From Hamiltosporidium tvaerminnensis FI-OER-3-3 (taxonomy: Eukaryota > Fungi > Microsporidia): DNA of 64,000 bases. This document shows, piece after piece, positions 23,750-35,997 of this stretch. The notes below the pieces were generated by a model. The model was not told the origin of the DNA. It saw nothing but the letters and a program-made list of their open reading frames with translations, and did not search any database. The stretch spans positions 806,001 to 870,000 of the forward strand of contig CM061246.1 of NCBI GenBank assembly GCA_022605425.2. The letters run 5' to 3'. The position numbers and the translations under genes were made by a program. Within the stretch, counting starts at the first letter, position 1. The number at the start of each line of letters is the position of its first letter.

Positions 23750-26408
23750 ATTAATACCTCCTCCTCCCCACACACCTCCACCCGCCACATGGTAATGAAA
23801 TGTGGGCTTGACACCTACCTTCGCCTATAACAGTTCCTTCGGTTGAGTCTCTGGTGAGCCATCGTCGACATGAGCCCCTGTACGCTTCCGGGTAACGGCT
23901 TGGTTGCGGACGATTTATTTGTAACAGCCGACCCGAAGGAATGGCCTCAATTTTTGCGTACGACAAGGTTTGAGAATGCCAAGAAATGGCTGGACAGCTT
24001 CCAGGTACTATAATGAGAAATTCGGCTGCACTAACTCTCGTGTTAAAAATTGGCGTGATGGGAGGTAAATCGGAGAATGGGAGCGACGTATGCCCTTGTT
24101 CGCTGATACATGCACCTCCACACCACGGAGTACTAAACCTGAGAACTTGTAATCAAATCTCGATGAATTGTGGTGGTCCAACGAACATCCAATGAATTGG
24201 TTGATGTGTTCTGATCTCATATGTGTCGGTGATATGGGAGCTCATGTACCTGGTATTAGCCGCGTATATCTGCGCTGCGCGGGCTTGACGGCAACCGGAA
24301 AGCCTGATCCGCTTGGAACATGGTAGTTGACTGATCTCCAGGCTCGTGCGGCCCCCTACGCCTGAAATCTGGTATTTAACTTGGTGTATTTTCTGAGGCT
24401 TTGTTAGAAGAATGGTCTTTGAATGTTTCAAAAATGATGCATGGTGGGCTTCAAGATCGTTGTTTTTGGTCGTTTATTGGTTCTGGCGTGTGAATCCGGC
24501 TGGGTGTGTGATGAAATGTGTTCTGGAACAAATGATGACACGCACGATGATTTTTGATTCCATTTGTATCGATATTCGACCCGCCCTTGATGAATTTGTA
24601 ATATCATTATTGGCTCATTAGCTGCTGATTTGGTATAATTTTATTAGAAACTTACACTCTTCCAATATATTTATGATATTGTGAGTTTATGTTTAGGAAC
24701 CTAGTGATTTTTACTGCGGGCTTACGTATTTGATACCAATTCCACGCTCTGACTACGGCCATCACTGTATGTCCAACCTCTTAGTTAACGACTGTGTGTA
24801 AAGTCGTTCATTGAGTGGGGGGTTGCTTGGGAATGGGCGGGGGTGTGGCGGAGGGCTCTCTGATATTGCCTTATAAGTATGGATAATTTGGCAACATGGA
24901 TTGATGTTAAAGCTGATTATAGATCATACTTATTTAACTCAATGCATTGAACCATTTACCTGATGGATCCTAATTTATTAGGTATTATATCAATGGAAAT
25001 TGATATATCATTGGGCCTGAAAATCATGCAGTTGATGATCTGGATGTTTGTCACTGTTATTTGTTTGTGTATGGATCCATTAGGCTTTGAAATACAGTGA
25101 CGCAACGATGTGATCTTTTTCAATCATTCTGTTTATTGATGATCTAGCTCCTTGAACGTCCATTGTGCTTGACGGGGATTTAGGGTGATTGGCTTGATTA
25201 CGTCGCCAATGATACGTGTTGTGAAGATACTGCTATTTCTAAAGGTGTTGTGTTTCAATACTGATTTGGATGTGAATCCCAACACGTGCTCATTTGAAGT
25301 ACGCAAACTTATGGTTGGCTTTGTCCACTGATTAACGAATTTTTTTCTGCACATCACATGGATATCGTTATCACTTCCATGAGTACTTCGACTTGAACCG
25401 CGACTTCTAGTTGATGATGGTGGGACGGTGTTGGTAGAATAGAACATCTCGCGGATGTAGAGCGTTTGTAGCTTCTTGACAGAATTGGGGGCCTCTGTGT
25501 TGTTGAAGGAATATGCTTCTGCAACTCTTGGATTGTCTGGAAGTAAAGACCTATCACTGCGGAGCAATCCTCAGGTGGATAATAATAACCCATCTTGCAC
25601 TAATAAAGGCTTTTAGTGTACGGTTGTGTCACTGGTTTAAGCTCACTTGCAAACTTATAACGAAATAAACGAAACTCCATCAATTATATAATGGGAAAAT
25701 GAGCTTGCGTGTGTTGTTACTCTTCTGGCTGGAAATATGCCACGAATGAAGCTGTGTTCTTCGGATGAAATGTATTCTGGGCGATGGTGTGTATTGTAGT
25801 CTGGTAGACTGTGATCATCGCAACTGATGTGAAAATGTGCTGTACACTGCGGCATATGGTGGTTGATGCCACACCTTCTAAATAGATATAGTTTAGTCTT
25901 AAACGAATGGCCACTCGTTCGATTTTGATAATGGTATGCATGACACCGAATTAAACCGATGTTAATTCGGAAACGACCGGACATATTTATTTTGATAAGA
26001 AGAAGATAGATAACACTCATTAGTAGATCACTCCCGATCACTTCAATAGTTGAACTGAAAACTTAAGTAGACCTGTGCCATGTTGGGTCTTTAATAAGTG
26101 TATTGTTGATAATCCCTTGTGATGACCTGGGACGGTAATGTGACAAATACCTAATCTTCTTAAAGACTAAACCCTAATGGGCATGCTATAGAACGTCAAA
26201 CACTTGATCACGGACTTGCACTAATGCAGCTGGTCATGGTGTTATTATAGACATGCTACAAACCCCTTAAAGCAGATGTGAAATTTAAACCAAAAATACC
26301 TTATTTCAAGAGGAACCACTTTAAGGAACCGACCAAAACATAATGAAGAGTCGATTTAGAAAGACAGGGTGTAGAAACTAAAATGTTAAATTTTATTTAT
26401 TAAATAAA
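23750..26408 (+). mobile_element. Non-LTR retrotransposon of R4/Dong type (RT + REL endonuclease), copy A, riddled with microdeletions
   Basis: Frame-broken CGLTYLIP (~24715), (LF)VCMDPL (~25065), (HL)LFIDDL (~25130) and RPDIFI (~25975). Co-linear with copies B and C; shared AT-rich 3' tail AAAATGTTAAA...TTATTAAATAA. Confidence 0.85.
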
Positions 26409-26944
26409 CATTCAATTAAATTAATGGTTTATATCGTTTGTCGTTTTATATTTCTGTTCATTTTTTAGCCCCCATTTATTTGTATTTTATCCTATTTGGG
26501 TACATTTTATACCAAAATAAAAACATATTTTAAAATTTGTAATAATACACTTGATATATACATTTACTAGATAAATAATAGGGATTATACATCAATTAAT
26601 TTATATATAATTGCTGAAGCCTGAAAGTTAAAAAATATGACTTATATTTAATCAATAAAAATTTGTTATAGATGTAATATTTAAATAATTATTTTTGTGA
26701 TCTCCTTAGATTAAACTTGAAGAAATAGTTGGAAACATCTTAAGAAATTATAGGTATATCAGAATAGAAGTCTATATTCCATCTTTTTCAATCAAAAAAA
26801 TATATTTTGTTTGGTTCTTCAGATGAAGAAATTTTGATTTATAGCTTGATATTAACGTTTAAAGAGTCATTAATACGTTTTTATAATTCATATTTGATGA
26901 ATTAAATTAACGACAAGGGTTTTCAATCATAAAAACTTACTTGT

Positions 26945-29285
26945 TTATTTAATAAAATTCTGGGTTAAATATTTTAACATTTTTATATGTTTTTTCTACC
27001 TTTTAACCACTATTGTTTTTTTCAATCCGACTCTATTTATGTTATGGTGTTGTGGTTCCCCTTGTGAATAAGGGGTGTATTATTTTGGTTTAAATTTTAA
27101 ACATTTCTGTTTTTAAAGGGGTATTGTCTCTGACTCTGATCTCTAATAAACCATGAGTCAGTGGATTTAGTCTGACTAGTCCTCTTGTATCAGAAATTGT
27201 TACTGTTAGTACTATATACTGAATGTATGCTCACATTCATGGTATTTAGTTTTTAGATGAGATTTTGGTATTGTCATACCGTCCGGTCATACAAGGGATT
27301 ATCTCAACTACACCTATAAATAGACCCAACTATGGTAGGGTCTACTCTAGTTTCGTACTATTAGTGAATCTTAGTATTCCTACTATAGTGTTATCTTATT
27401 TTCTTATCTAAAATAAATATGTGGTTGTTAATTTAAATCAGTTTTAATTTGGTGTCCACTTATTCTGCTATATTATAATTTTTGAACTGAGTGGTCTTAT
27501 TCGTTTGAAGACTTAAACTTATATCTATAAGAGAGGGTAGGCATCTGACACTTTATGCCGTTAGTGTAATCATGGCCTAGCATTCGCATCTAGTTGTAGA
27601 TGATCCACAGTCTTACCAGACTTCCCGCATGTTACACACCATCTGCTCCCAATACATTCTATCCTGGATATAGAGAACACAGCTTCATTGGGCCTAATAT
27701 TTCCTCTCTTAGACCTTAAGTACTAACTAAGTTTTTTGATTATATAACTTTGAATGGGTTTCGTTTATTCTTATATGTTTGAGTTAGTTTTTAATTTTTT
27801 GTACTTTTACACCTGTACTTTTTTAGCTTTTATTAGTGAGATGGGTTTATTATTATTTCACTTGGTTGTGTGTTTGATATTTTTTACTAAATCAGTTGGG
27901 CATATGTTGCTTCACCAACACTATGTGGCCTCTTCAGTTCTGTTCTGAAGATACAACCGCTCTTACATCCTGGGCGGAGATGTATCTTATTAACAACACC
28001 GCACGCACTGCATCATCTAACAGAAGTCAGCCGGTTCGTAGTACTCCTATGTGGTAGTTGATTAACGATATCGCATGTTGATTGATTGCGAAATAAATTT
28101 TGCGTTTAATCTGTGTGACAAGTCTTTCACTCTTGATATAAGTTTGTCTGTACTTTTAATGAGCTACGTGTTGGGATTCCTCTGCTATCTTTATTATTCC
28201 TAAATATTTGTAAACACTAACACCTTCTGAAGAGTAGGTATTTAACGTATCATTTGTGGCTGACTCTCTTTGTTAATCTCTAAGCCAATCACCTCTAAAA
28301 TCCTTTGCCTCGCCTGTCATAGACTCATGTGGAGCTGTCTTTGAGAGCTTAGATCATCAATAAACAAGAGATGATTAGTGAATGGGATTCGCATTGTTTG
28401 TACTGTCACTTTGTGTATTTTTCATTAAGCTTTCGGCTAATGGATCCATACACACACAATAACAAGGTGACAGACTATCTCCTTGCGGATCCCTCTATAT
28501 CTTCTTGTATGTTTTTGGCCTACTGATATATATTTTCCATTTGATATAATTACTTAATAAATTTCGGATCCAATCAGGTAATTGGTTAGCATTGAGTTAA
28601 ATAAGATGATCTATTGAATCATAGTTTTTAACATAATCCATGTTGCCTTAGATTGTTTCCGTACTCTTTATTTAAGGCATATTCGTGAGCCTGCTCTTTC
28701 TCCTGCCTCTTACCCTGTTGTTTTGCCCTGCCTTCCCTGTTGACATTTCGTTACCTTTGTCGTTACTTTGTTTTATTGGCCTTTGCCTTTCGTTTTTATA
28801 CGTGCCCGCGTAAACTGCTTGGTTTCCTTCTAATTACTTTCCTTCTAGATATTTGTGTTGTAGTTTCTTATATTGTATACCTATTCCGCGCTTTATTGCA
28901 TTATGATATTCATTCTCGTTGGTCTTTTTGTATGGATTATCTGTCGTACTGTGTTTTTTTTCCCATTTACCACTTTCTCCTACTGCTCATTCCCCGCTCT
29001 ACCCATAATCACCTGTCATCTCTTTTGCTCCCTGCTCGTTTTTTGTAATTCGACTTTTTTTACTGCTGATCGTTTGTTTATTATTTTTTTGGCTTTTTTG
29101 TGTTTTCCTGCTTCGCTGATCTTTGTACTACTTTTTTCTCTTGTTCGCTCTGCTTTTTTGTGTTGCCTCTCGCTCCTGGCGTGCTTTCGCGCTTCCGTAT
29201 TGACTCGCATGTCCTGCATTTCCCACTTTTATCATTTACTATCTTCTTTGTTTTTGTCCCCCTTTCCTTCTTCCTTTCTTTTTTA
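26945..29285 (-). mobile_element. Same R4/Dong-type element, copy B, 5'-truncated, with 23-bp target-site duplication
   Basis: Minus strand reads (frame-broken) QGDSLSP..CMDP..RKLNEKYT..TNHLLFIDDL (28500-28345). Flanked by the perfect direct repeat TTCAATCATAAAAACTTACTTGT at 26922-26944 and 29286-29308; the 3' tail matches copy A. Confidence 0.88.
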
Positions 29286-29545
29286 TTCAATCATAAAAAC
29301 TTACTTGTAATAATCTTAAGAAAGATATTTATAAATTTTTTATTTTATAAAGAATGATTGTAAATATATATAGATGGAAGATTTAACAAATAATCCAGCT
29401 TGAGGAAAATTTTACGGGTTTTCATAATGTGTCTCAATCATAGAATCAATTTTCGTCACATAAAATTAGTTTCAACTTAATATTTTTTTAAGCTTTTTAT
29501 AGTTAAAGCATTGTAAAGAAATTGTAAAATATATCAAAAAAGTTT

Positions 29546-30794
29546 TTAATCAAAATCTTTAATGATTGAATCGAATATTTCTTGTAAAGATTCCATACTT
29601 GAATACTTCTGTTGTTCAATTAGCTTGTATTGTAAATATTTCTTGTAAGAAAAACTCACCAATTGATATCTATTAAATCTAAATACCATTGATACATTGC
29701 AATCTTTAAAATTAGGAATGGAAATTTTAAAAACTAACTTTTTAATGAGCCTTTCTGTTGGAAGAATCTTCGGTTTATAAAATTCAATCGATGACATCAA
29801 CACGTAAATCTGGTAAAATCCATTCATTGAATATTTGCGGATTTAAATTGGCAAAATGATTTCTTAAATTTGAAATATTATAATGCAAAGGTAATTTTGA
29901 AGATTCATCACTCTTAAAAATTTCAGTTTTAACCAGATCAATTGTTAAATTTTTATTGTCATTGTTTTGGACGTTTTCAGTTTGACTGTAGTTTAAATTT
30001 GAAGGGGGCTGGAAATAGTAACCAAATACTGATATTAACGATGGTTCATTATTTTTAGGTTTAAAAATATTTTGAAAATTTTTTAAGATTGAATTTGTAT
30101 TTTCGACTGAAACAAAAAGAGTGGTATCACCACATAATTCAAATATTTTATAAAAATCGAAGCAAAAATATACAATCAATCTTTCATAACTCTTCAAAAT
30201 GTCAGTAAAAAGAAAATAGAAATACTTTAAATTTGTTTTTTTTGAAGAAGGATTCCATTTTTGTTCTTTTTTTAAAAATTCAAATAAATCCTTAGCTGAT
30301 TTTATTGATTTCAATCTATACAAGGCACTTTCCTTTTTATAAATTTTTTGGTATTTTATTGATGCAAAATTCTTCTTTTTAGCAATATTTTTTCTCTCAA
30401 AACGTGATATTTCGAGATAACAACGGGCATATTGTTCCGAAATAATATTTATCATAGAGCTTTTATTGATACTTTTTTTTAATGTTATATTAAAAAGATA
30501 TATCGAATCATTCTTGGAATATGTGTCAATCATTGATTGAAACATTAGATTTTTATCTTCAAAAGCGCACAAATTACCAGAAAAAACCAAAAACCCTCTT
30601 TTGTAGTAACGTTCATGATTTGAAAGTCGTTTCTCAATCATCTTATTACATAAATCCGATAAGGCTGTAACTATATCTTTATCACAAGTCTTTCTATCTG
30701 TAAGATCAGTGTTCCGGTCAGAAATTAATTTTTTATACCGAAAAGAACAATAAACCAACGATTTAAGAATAATAATCAAACATTTCGGTCTCAT
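29546..30794 (-). CDS. Hypothetical secreted protein; 336-aa ORF probably continued by the 29546-29827 ORF across a 1-nt frameshift
   Basis: Signal-peptide-like MRPKCLIIILKSLVYCS. Removing one T in GTC ATC GAT TGA ATT TTA fuses ...VID to EFYKPKILP... in the downstream frame. Confidence 0.6.
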
Positions 30795-30999
30795 CTATAA
30801 AATCTAGGATTCAATAATTTGATTTTTTGAAAATAATAGAAAAATTAACTAAAATAAAAAAAGATACAAGAAAAAAGTGGGTGGCGAAAAAGAGAAAATC
30901 TAAAACAAAGGCAGCAAACAATTAATATATTATATAAATTTAAAAACTTGCAGCATTATGAAGCAAATTATATTAACGGATTCACCGACTTTCTTTTTC

Positions 31000-33900
31000 C
31001 ATATAAAGACAACACATCTATCAGGAGACTAAATCTTTAATAACACTCAAAATAGTGCGCTTGATACCTATCGTTGCAAAATACATAACTTTCAGCTTTA
31101 TTTAAAATCTTTATAGGCAAGCCATCATGCATCATGATAAACCACAGTACTCTAGCTATTCCCACTGATAACAGGTTAATGTCACTGCATACAATATTCG
31201 ACTTTGTAACAGCCAATTAACAGTAAAGGATTTGAATCGTTAGCAGTGCAGATAAGGGTTTAAAGAATGTCCAGAAAATGCTTCACGGAACCTCAAAGAC
31301 ACTATAATTAGAAATTCGGCTGCGCTAAAACTTTCGATGTGTTTAAAATTAGCATATAATGAGGTGAAAAGCGGGGTAGTCAGTAAAAGATGGAGTGCGA
31401 CATAGAGTCATCACTTGTCTTTGATCTGGGCTTTCTAATCGACACTCCTGAGTTCAGAAATCTGAGAGATAAAATTTTGAGTAAAATCTAAGAAATTTTC
31501 GAGAAGGAAATTTAAAAAGTAGTTTTACGAAGTCGAAAACATTCAATGAATAGGTTGATAGTAAATTTCTGGACATCATTTATACAATAGTCGGTGTATT
31601 TGCTGAGACTCTTGTATCGGAGTCAATGGCGAACGCAGCGCATATCATACAGGCTGTGCAAGTATAACATGACGAGGTAATAGTACAAGAGAAGCTTAGA
31701 TCAGCTTGGATTAAAAAGAGCTAGAATCCCTTCAGTTATTACTCTTTAAAGATATCTTCAATAAAATTCATAGAAAAAAATCTCACCGCTTTATAAACGA
31801 AAAGCCTCAAAAAAATCATGCGAGAGTTTACTTAAAACTTAAATCATATAAATTATCTCTCCTAGGCTTTAGTTAAGTCGAATGAGTCATAATTGTTTAC
31901 TATCAAAAATCCCAATACATGATTGTAGAAAAGCTTTTCAAAAAAAAACATTTTATGCTTGATGTGTTCCATGGTCGGTTTTTTCGTAGGTTTTCCGAGA
32001 TTCCTATATTAAAACATGCACTTTGCCGCAATCAAACTATGACATTTTCTCCACAATTTGGGAAAAAAAATAAAACAATCACGTATTCAGATTATTTATG
32101 ATATTTGTATCGGATAATCATACGATTATATTACCTTCAGTTTATGAATTTCAAAGTATTATCAATTAACTTCTTACTGAAAAATCTCTGAAATGGTATA
32201 ACTTATAATACAAATATCAAGAAATGCTCAACTTTTCAGAACTAATTTTATGATATTATAAAAGTTACAGGTTTAGAAGGTACGGCTCAAGCTGAATGGT
32301 TCTAGTGCGGGCTTACGTATTTGATTCCAAAACGAAATCCAAAAATAGTGTTTAACTACATTTCATTGCCTGTAAGTATAACCTCTGTGTTAACCACTAA
32401 TTTTTTAGACAAAGTCGTTCTAACTGAAGTATAAAGGCAAAAGTCGGGCAGAAAGTCAAATGGAACCTGTAAGAGATATGCAAAAAGCATAGAAACATGT
32501 CGATTGAATTTTTCTGTTGATAATGAGACGAAAAATTATTTCAAAGCAATGAGATTAGGTTTCATAAAAGCGCTTGATTCAATAAATCATGTTTACTTGA
32601 GTATATGCTTTGAAAATTTTAATTTATCGGATATATTCTTAAATTTATTAAGAAAAGAATATTAAATACAAAATAGATATTTCAGTAGATCCAGAAAAAA
32701 GAATGAACAATAAAATTGAAGGAGAAATACTACAAAAGAAAAGTTTGTCATCTTTGTTTCTTTGTTTTATATGAATTTGTTGAGCCGAAAACTTAATGAG
32801 AAATACACAGAGTAAAAATACATACTGATCCTTATTGCTATGCTTACAATTGTCTCTTATTTAGGTATAATCTTAAGCTTTTGTAGTATAAAGTTCCATA
32901 TTGAGAACTATAACAAGTAAGGCTGAAGAATGTAAACAAATTATTGTGGTAGAGATAAACAAAGCAAAGCCAGTTTCGGACTAATAATTTGTGCTACCGA
33001 AATACTTCTAATCTTTTAAAAGGGTCTAGTGGTACTAAATATTAAGGAATAATGAAAGATAGCAGAAAGAACCCGGCAAGTAGCTCATTTAAACTAAGCG
33101 CAAAATTGATATAAAGAAACCAAAAATTTTTCTATACTAGATTAATTGCAAAAAAATTATTTTCTGCAATTAACAGCATGCGATATCTCTTTCAACTATC
33201 ACATTGAAGGGCTTCGACTTGAACCGGCTGATTTCCCTAAATTGATGATGTAATGATTATGGTGTTAAAAAAACGAGATACAGTCCATGCAGGGTTGTAA
33301 AGAGCGTTTGAAAGTTTTTAGAATGGAGCTTCAAAGAGGCTTACATAGTGTTGATTTGCAAAGCGGACATTTGCATCAGAACCTTATGTTTTCATGCAAA
33401 AAAAAGAAATATCATATTGAAAAGCAGCAAATCTCCAAATTGAATACTAATAAAACACATCTAGTATCAATGAAATGCTTCGAAATCGTAAAATTTTGAT
33501 TTGAAGGAGAATTCACTAAAAAAATTTTTAAAGAATCTATCTTGTAAAATTATAGCCAAATAGAAAAACGAAAACTTCACTGAAAGTTATATGAAGTAAA
33601 AAAATGAGTTGTAGGGTTTGGGAACTCTTCTATATGGCCAGAAAAGAGAACATTTTGCCACAATAAGAAATGGCTTTCTGCTATATCTAAGATAGAAGTG
33701 TTTCTGGTGAGGAGAAAGCTTGTACCAACACTGCAACAAGTCTAGTAACAAATGAAATAATTTAGCGAGTTTATGTGATAAAATACTCTGACATTACAAT
33801 ACTAACTGGCAAAGTGAAACTGTTAGATCTCAACACATAAAAGTGTAAATTGGTACAAATTTAAGTTGAAAGAAGCAAGAGTCAATTAGTTAAGAAATAT

Positions 33901-34540
33901 TGAATAGGGTATGCTGAGATAAGTGTAGAATAAAATTCAAATCAATGTATAAATTCGGGAAAATAGACCTGATATATCTGTTTTAAATGAGAGTATAACA
34001 ATGATAACACTTATAAAATAGAATTTGCATTTTAATATTTACTTCAAATAGCTGAAACCTTCTAGAGAGTATAACTACTGGTCAATAAGTCTTGGCTTAT
34101 CTATATGTGTCGCATTGAGTTAATTCGGTGCGTAATGGCCTGAGATAGTATTCTGACAAAGAACTATAAGACATAACTTAAAAAACTAAAAATACCCATG
34201 AATATAGAGCCAAACTTTAAATAAATATTATCAAAGAAGAGAGTCAAAAATATTCTTTGGTTGACGAATGTGCCTTTAAATCAGATCAAATTTCAAGAAA
34301 ATCGGGAAAGAATGTTAATTGTGTTATTAAAAAAGCCTTAATGTCTATGTATCAATACCGATTTAAAACAAGCAAGTAATGGGAATTATGATGTCGAATA
34401 TACAAGAAACAAAGGATTTCCTCCTCCTTTCTTTTTTAGATGGAGGAATCACAATAAACATAAAAGATAGACTGGTTTAGAAAATGAATGTAGATGCTTT
34501 AAAAACCGGTGGTAAATTTATAAAAAATTAAAATACATTT
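31000..34540 (+). mobile_element. Same R4/Dong-type element, copy C, old and substitution-decayed
   Basis: QAEWF*CGLTYLIPK (32285-32335), SRKLNEKYT (~32785) and RPDI (~33965). Shares the anchors AAATTCGGCTGC and CTTCGACTTGAACCG with copy A. Confidence 0.8.
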
Positions 34541-35829
34541 TATTCTTGAAGGTATTTAAATGAATTGCTAAAAATCATTCTTTTAATACTCTTTCCTATA
34601 TAGATTAACACACTCATCAATGAATTAAGGTTTCTCCTCATATTTTTTAAGCGTTTCTAAATAAATTTCTTTTTGAAAAGTTAAGAAGTCGGTCTAGACT
34701 AAAAATTTCGTGCTTAAACTAAAAATATCACCTGGAAATTGAATTTAGCGTACGCAAAGAATCAATCTCCATTTCGAATTATTTTTAAAATACTTCAAAT
34801 ATTGTAAAATATATATGATTTTTCGTCAAATTTGGCTCAAACAATAATGTTGTTCAAGAAAAATGCAAGAATATTTTTTTAAAGCTCGACTAAATATATT
34901 TATACCCTTTACAGTTGTATGTTATTCATTCTTTGTTTTCGCAAACCAGGTTCTTCATTTTAAATGTTAATTTACTTTTTAAGAAAATAGACCGTTTTCG
35001 ATTGCCTCAACTACAATTATAGACTTAGTAATTTAAATATTAATTGCTTAAGACTTTTAATATCGCAGGTATTTATTGCATTTGATACATTTCGGATTTT
35101 ATAAAATATCTCTACATGCCTGTTCTCGAATCTACTCGGTATTCGGTCTACAATTCAAACCTCTTCGTTAATACAAAAATCAGTTTTAAAATTTTACTAT
35201 GAGAAATATCGAGTGAATATATCCTCCTATTTTTATTGCTGATTTTACCTTTTTAGGATACATTGTGTGGTATTTAGTACAATCCATCTTAACTCATCAC
35301 AAAAATGATTAAATTTACAATAAATTTAAAAAGACTCAACTTATTGGCTATTATACCTTTATTTCCGTGTTTATTCGATTTAAAATATTGTAAGGAAATT
35401 CTGTCGAGAATTTTGACTTCGATAAGTCTAATTTGCATTCTTTAAAAAATTAATATAGTCTACAATTCCGAATCTTAAATCCGGGTTTTTTTTGATATCT
35501 AATTTTGATTCTCCATATTAATTCTAAAGAATTTCTTGAACAAAGTGAAACTAGCTCGATTTCTTAATTTGAAATAATAAATATTTTGAAGATGTAGGTA
35601 TTTTAACACATCAATTGCGTTTATTGTAGTGATTGTTTCAGCATTTTCTCATATCGACTTGCTAAATTTATGCTCACACCCTCTCAAAACCAACTTAAAT
35701 ATTTCATTCCACCCTCTAAAAATACATTTTATTCTGAATGTAACAGAAAATCTTTTTACCAAATGAGCTATTGCCTCTCATTCTATATTTTTAGAAATTA
35801 TCTTTAAATAAATATTTTTGACAAAAAAC

Positions 35830-35955
35830 TTTAGAGTAACCGACCATAAACATAAATGAAGAGTCGGATTTGGAAGAAGAGACAGTAGGAGTTAAAGAGG
35901 TAGAAGAAAACATATAAAAATGTTAAAAATATTTTAACCAAGAATTTTATTTGAC
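35830..35955 (+). mobile_element. Detached 3'-end fragment of the R4/Dong-type element
   Basis: ACCGACCATAAACATAAATGAAGAGTCG...AAAATGTTAAAAATATTTTAACCAAGAATTTTATT matches the 3' ends of copy A (26325-26408) and copy B. Confidence 0.7.
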
Positions 35956-35997
35956 AAAAAAATTAAAATATAAACAAAATTACAGTTATTAATATAA

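Noticed and set aside
23751-26041. Short ORFs on both strands in the GC-richer block
   Set aside because: Chance frames inside retroelement copy A.
28740-29357. Several hydrophobic or basic ORFs in the pyrimidine tract
   Set aside because: The tract is the purine-depleted 5' part of retroelement copy B; the ORFs result from stop-codon depletion.
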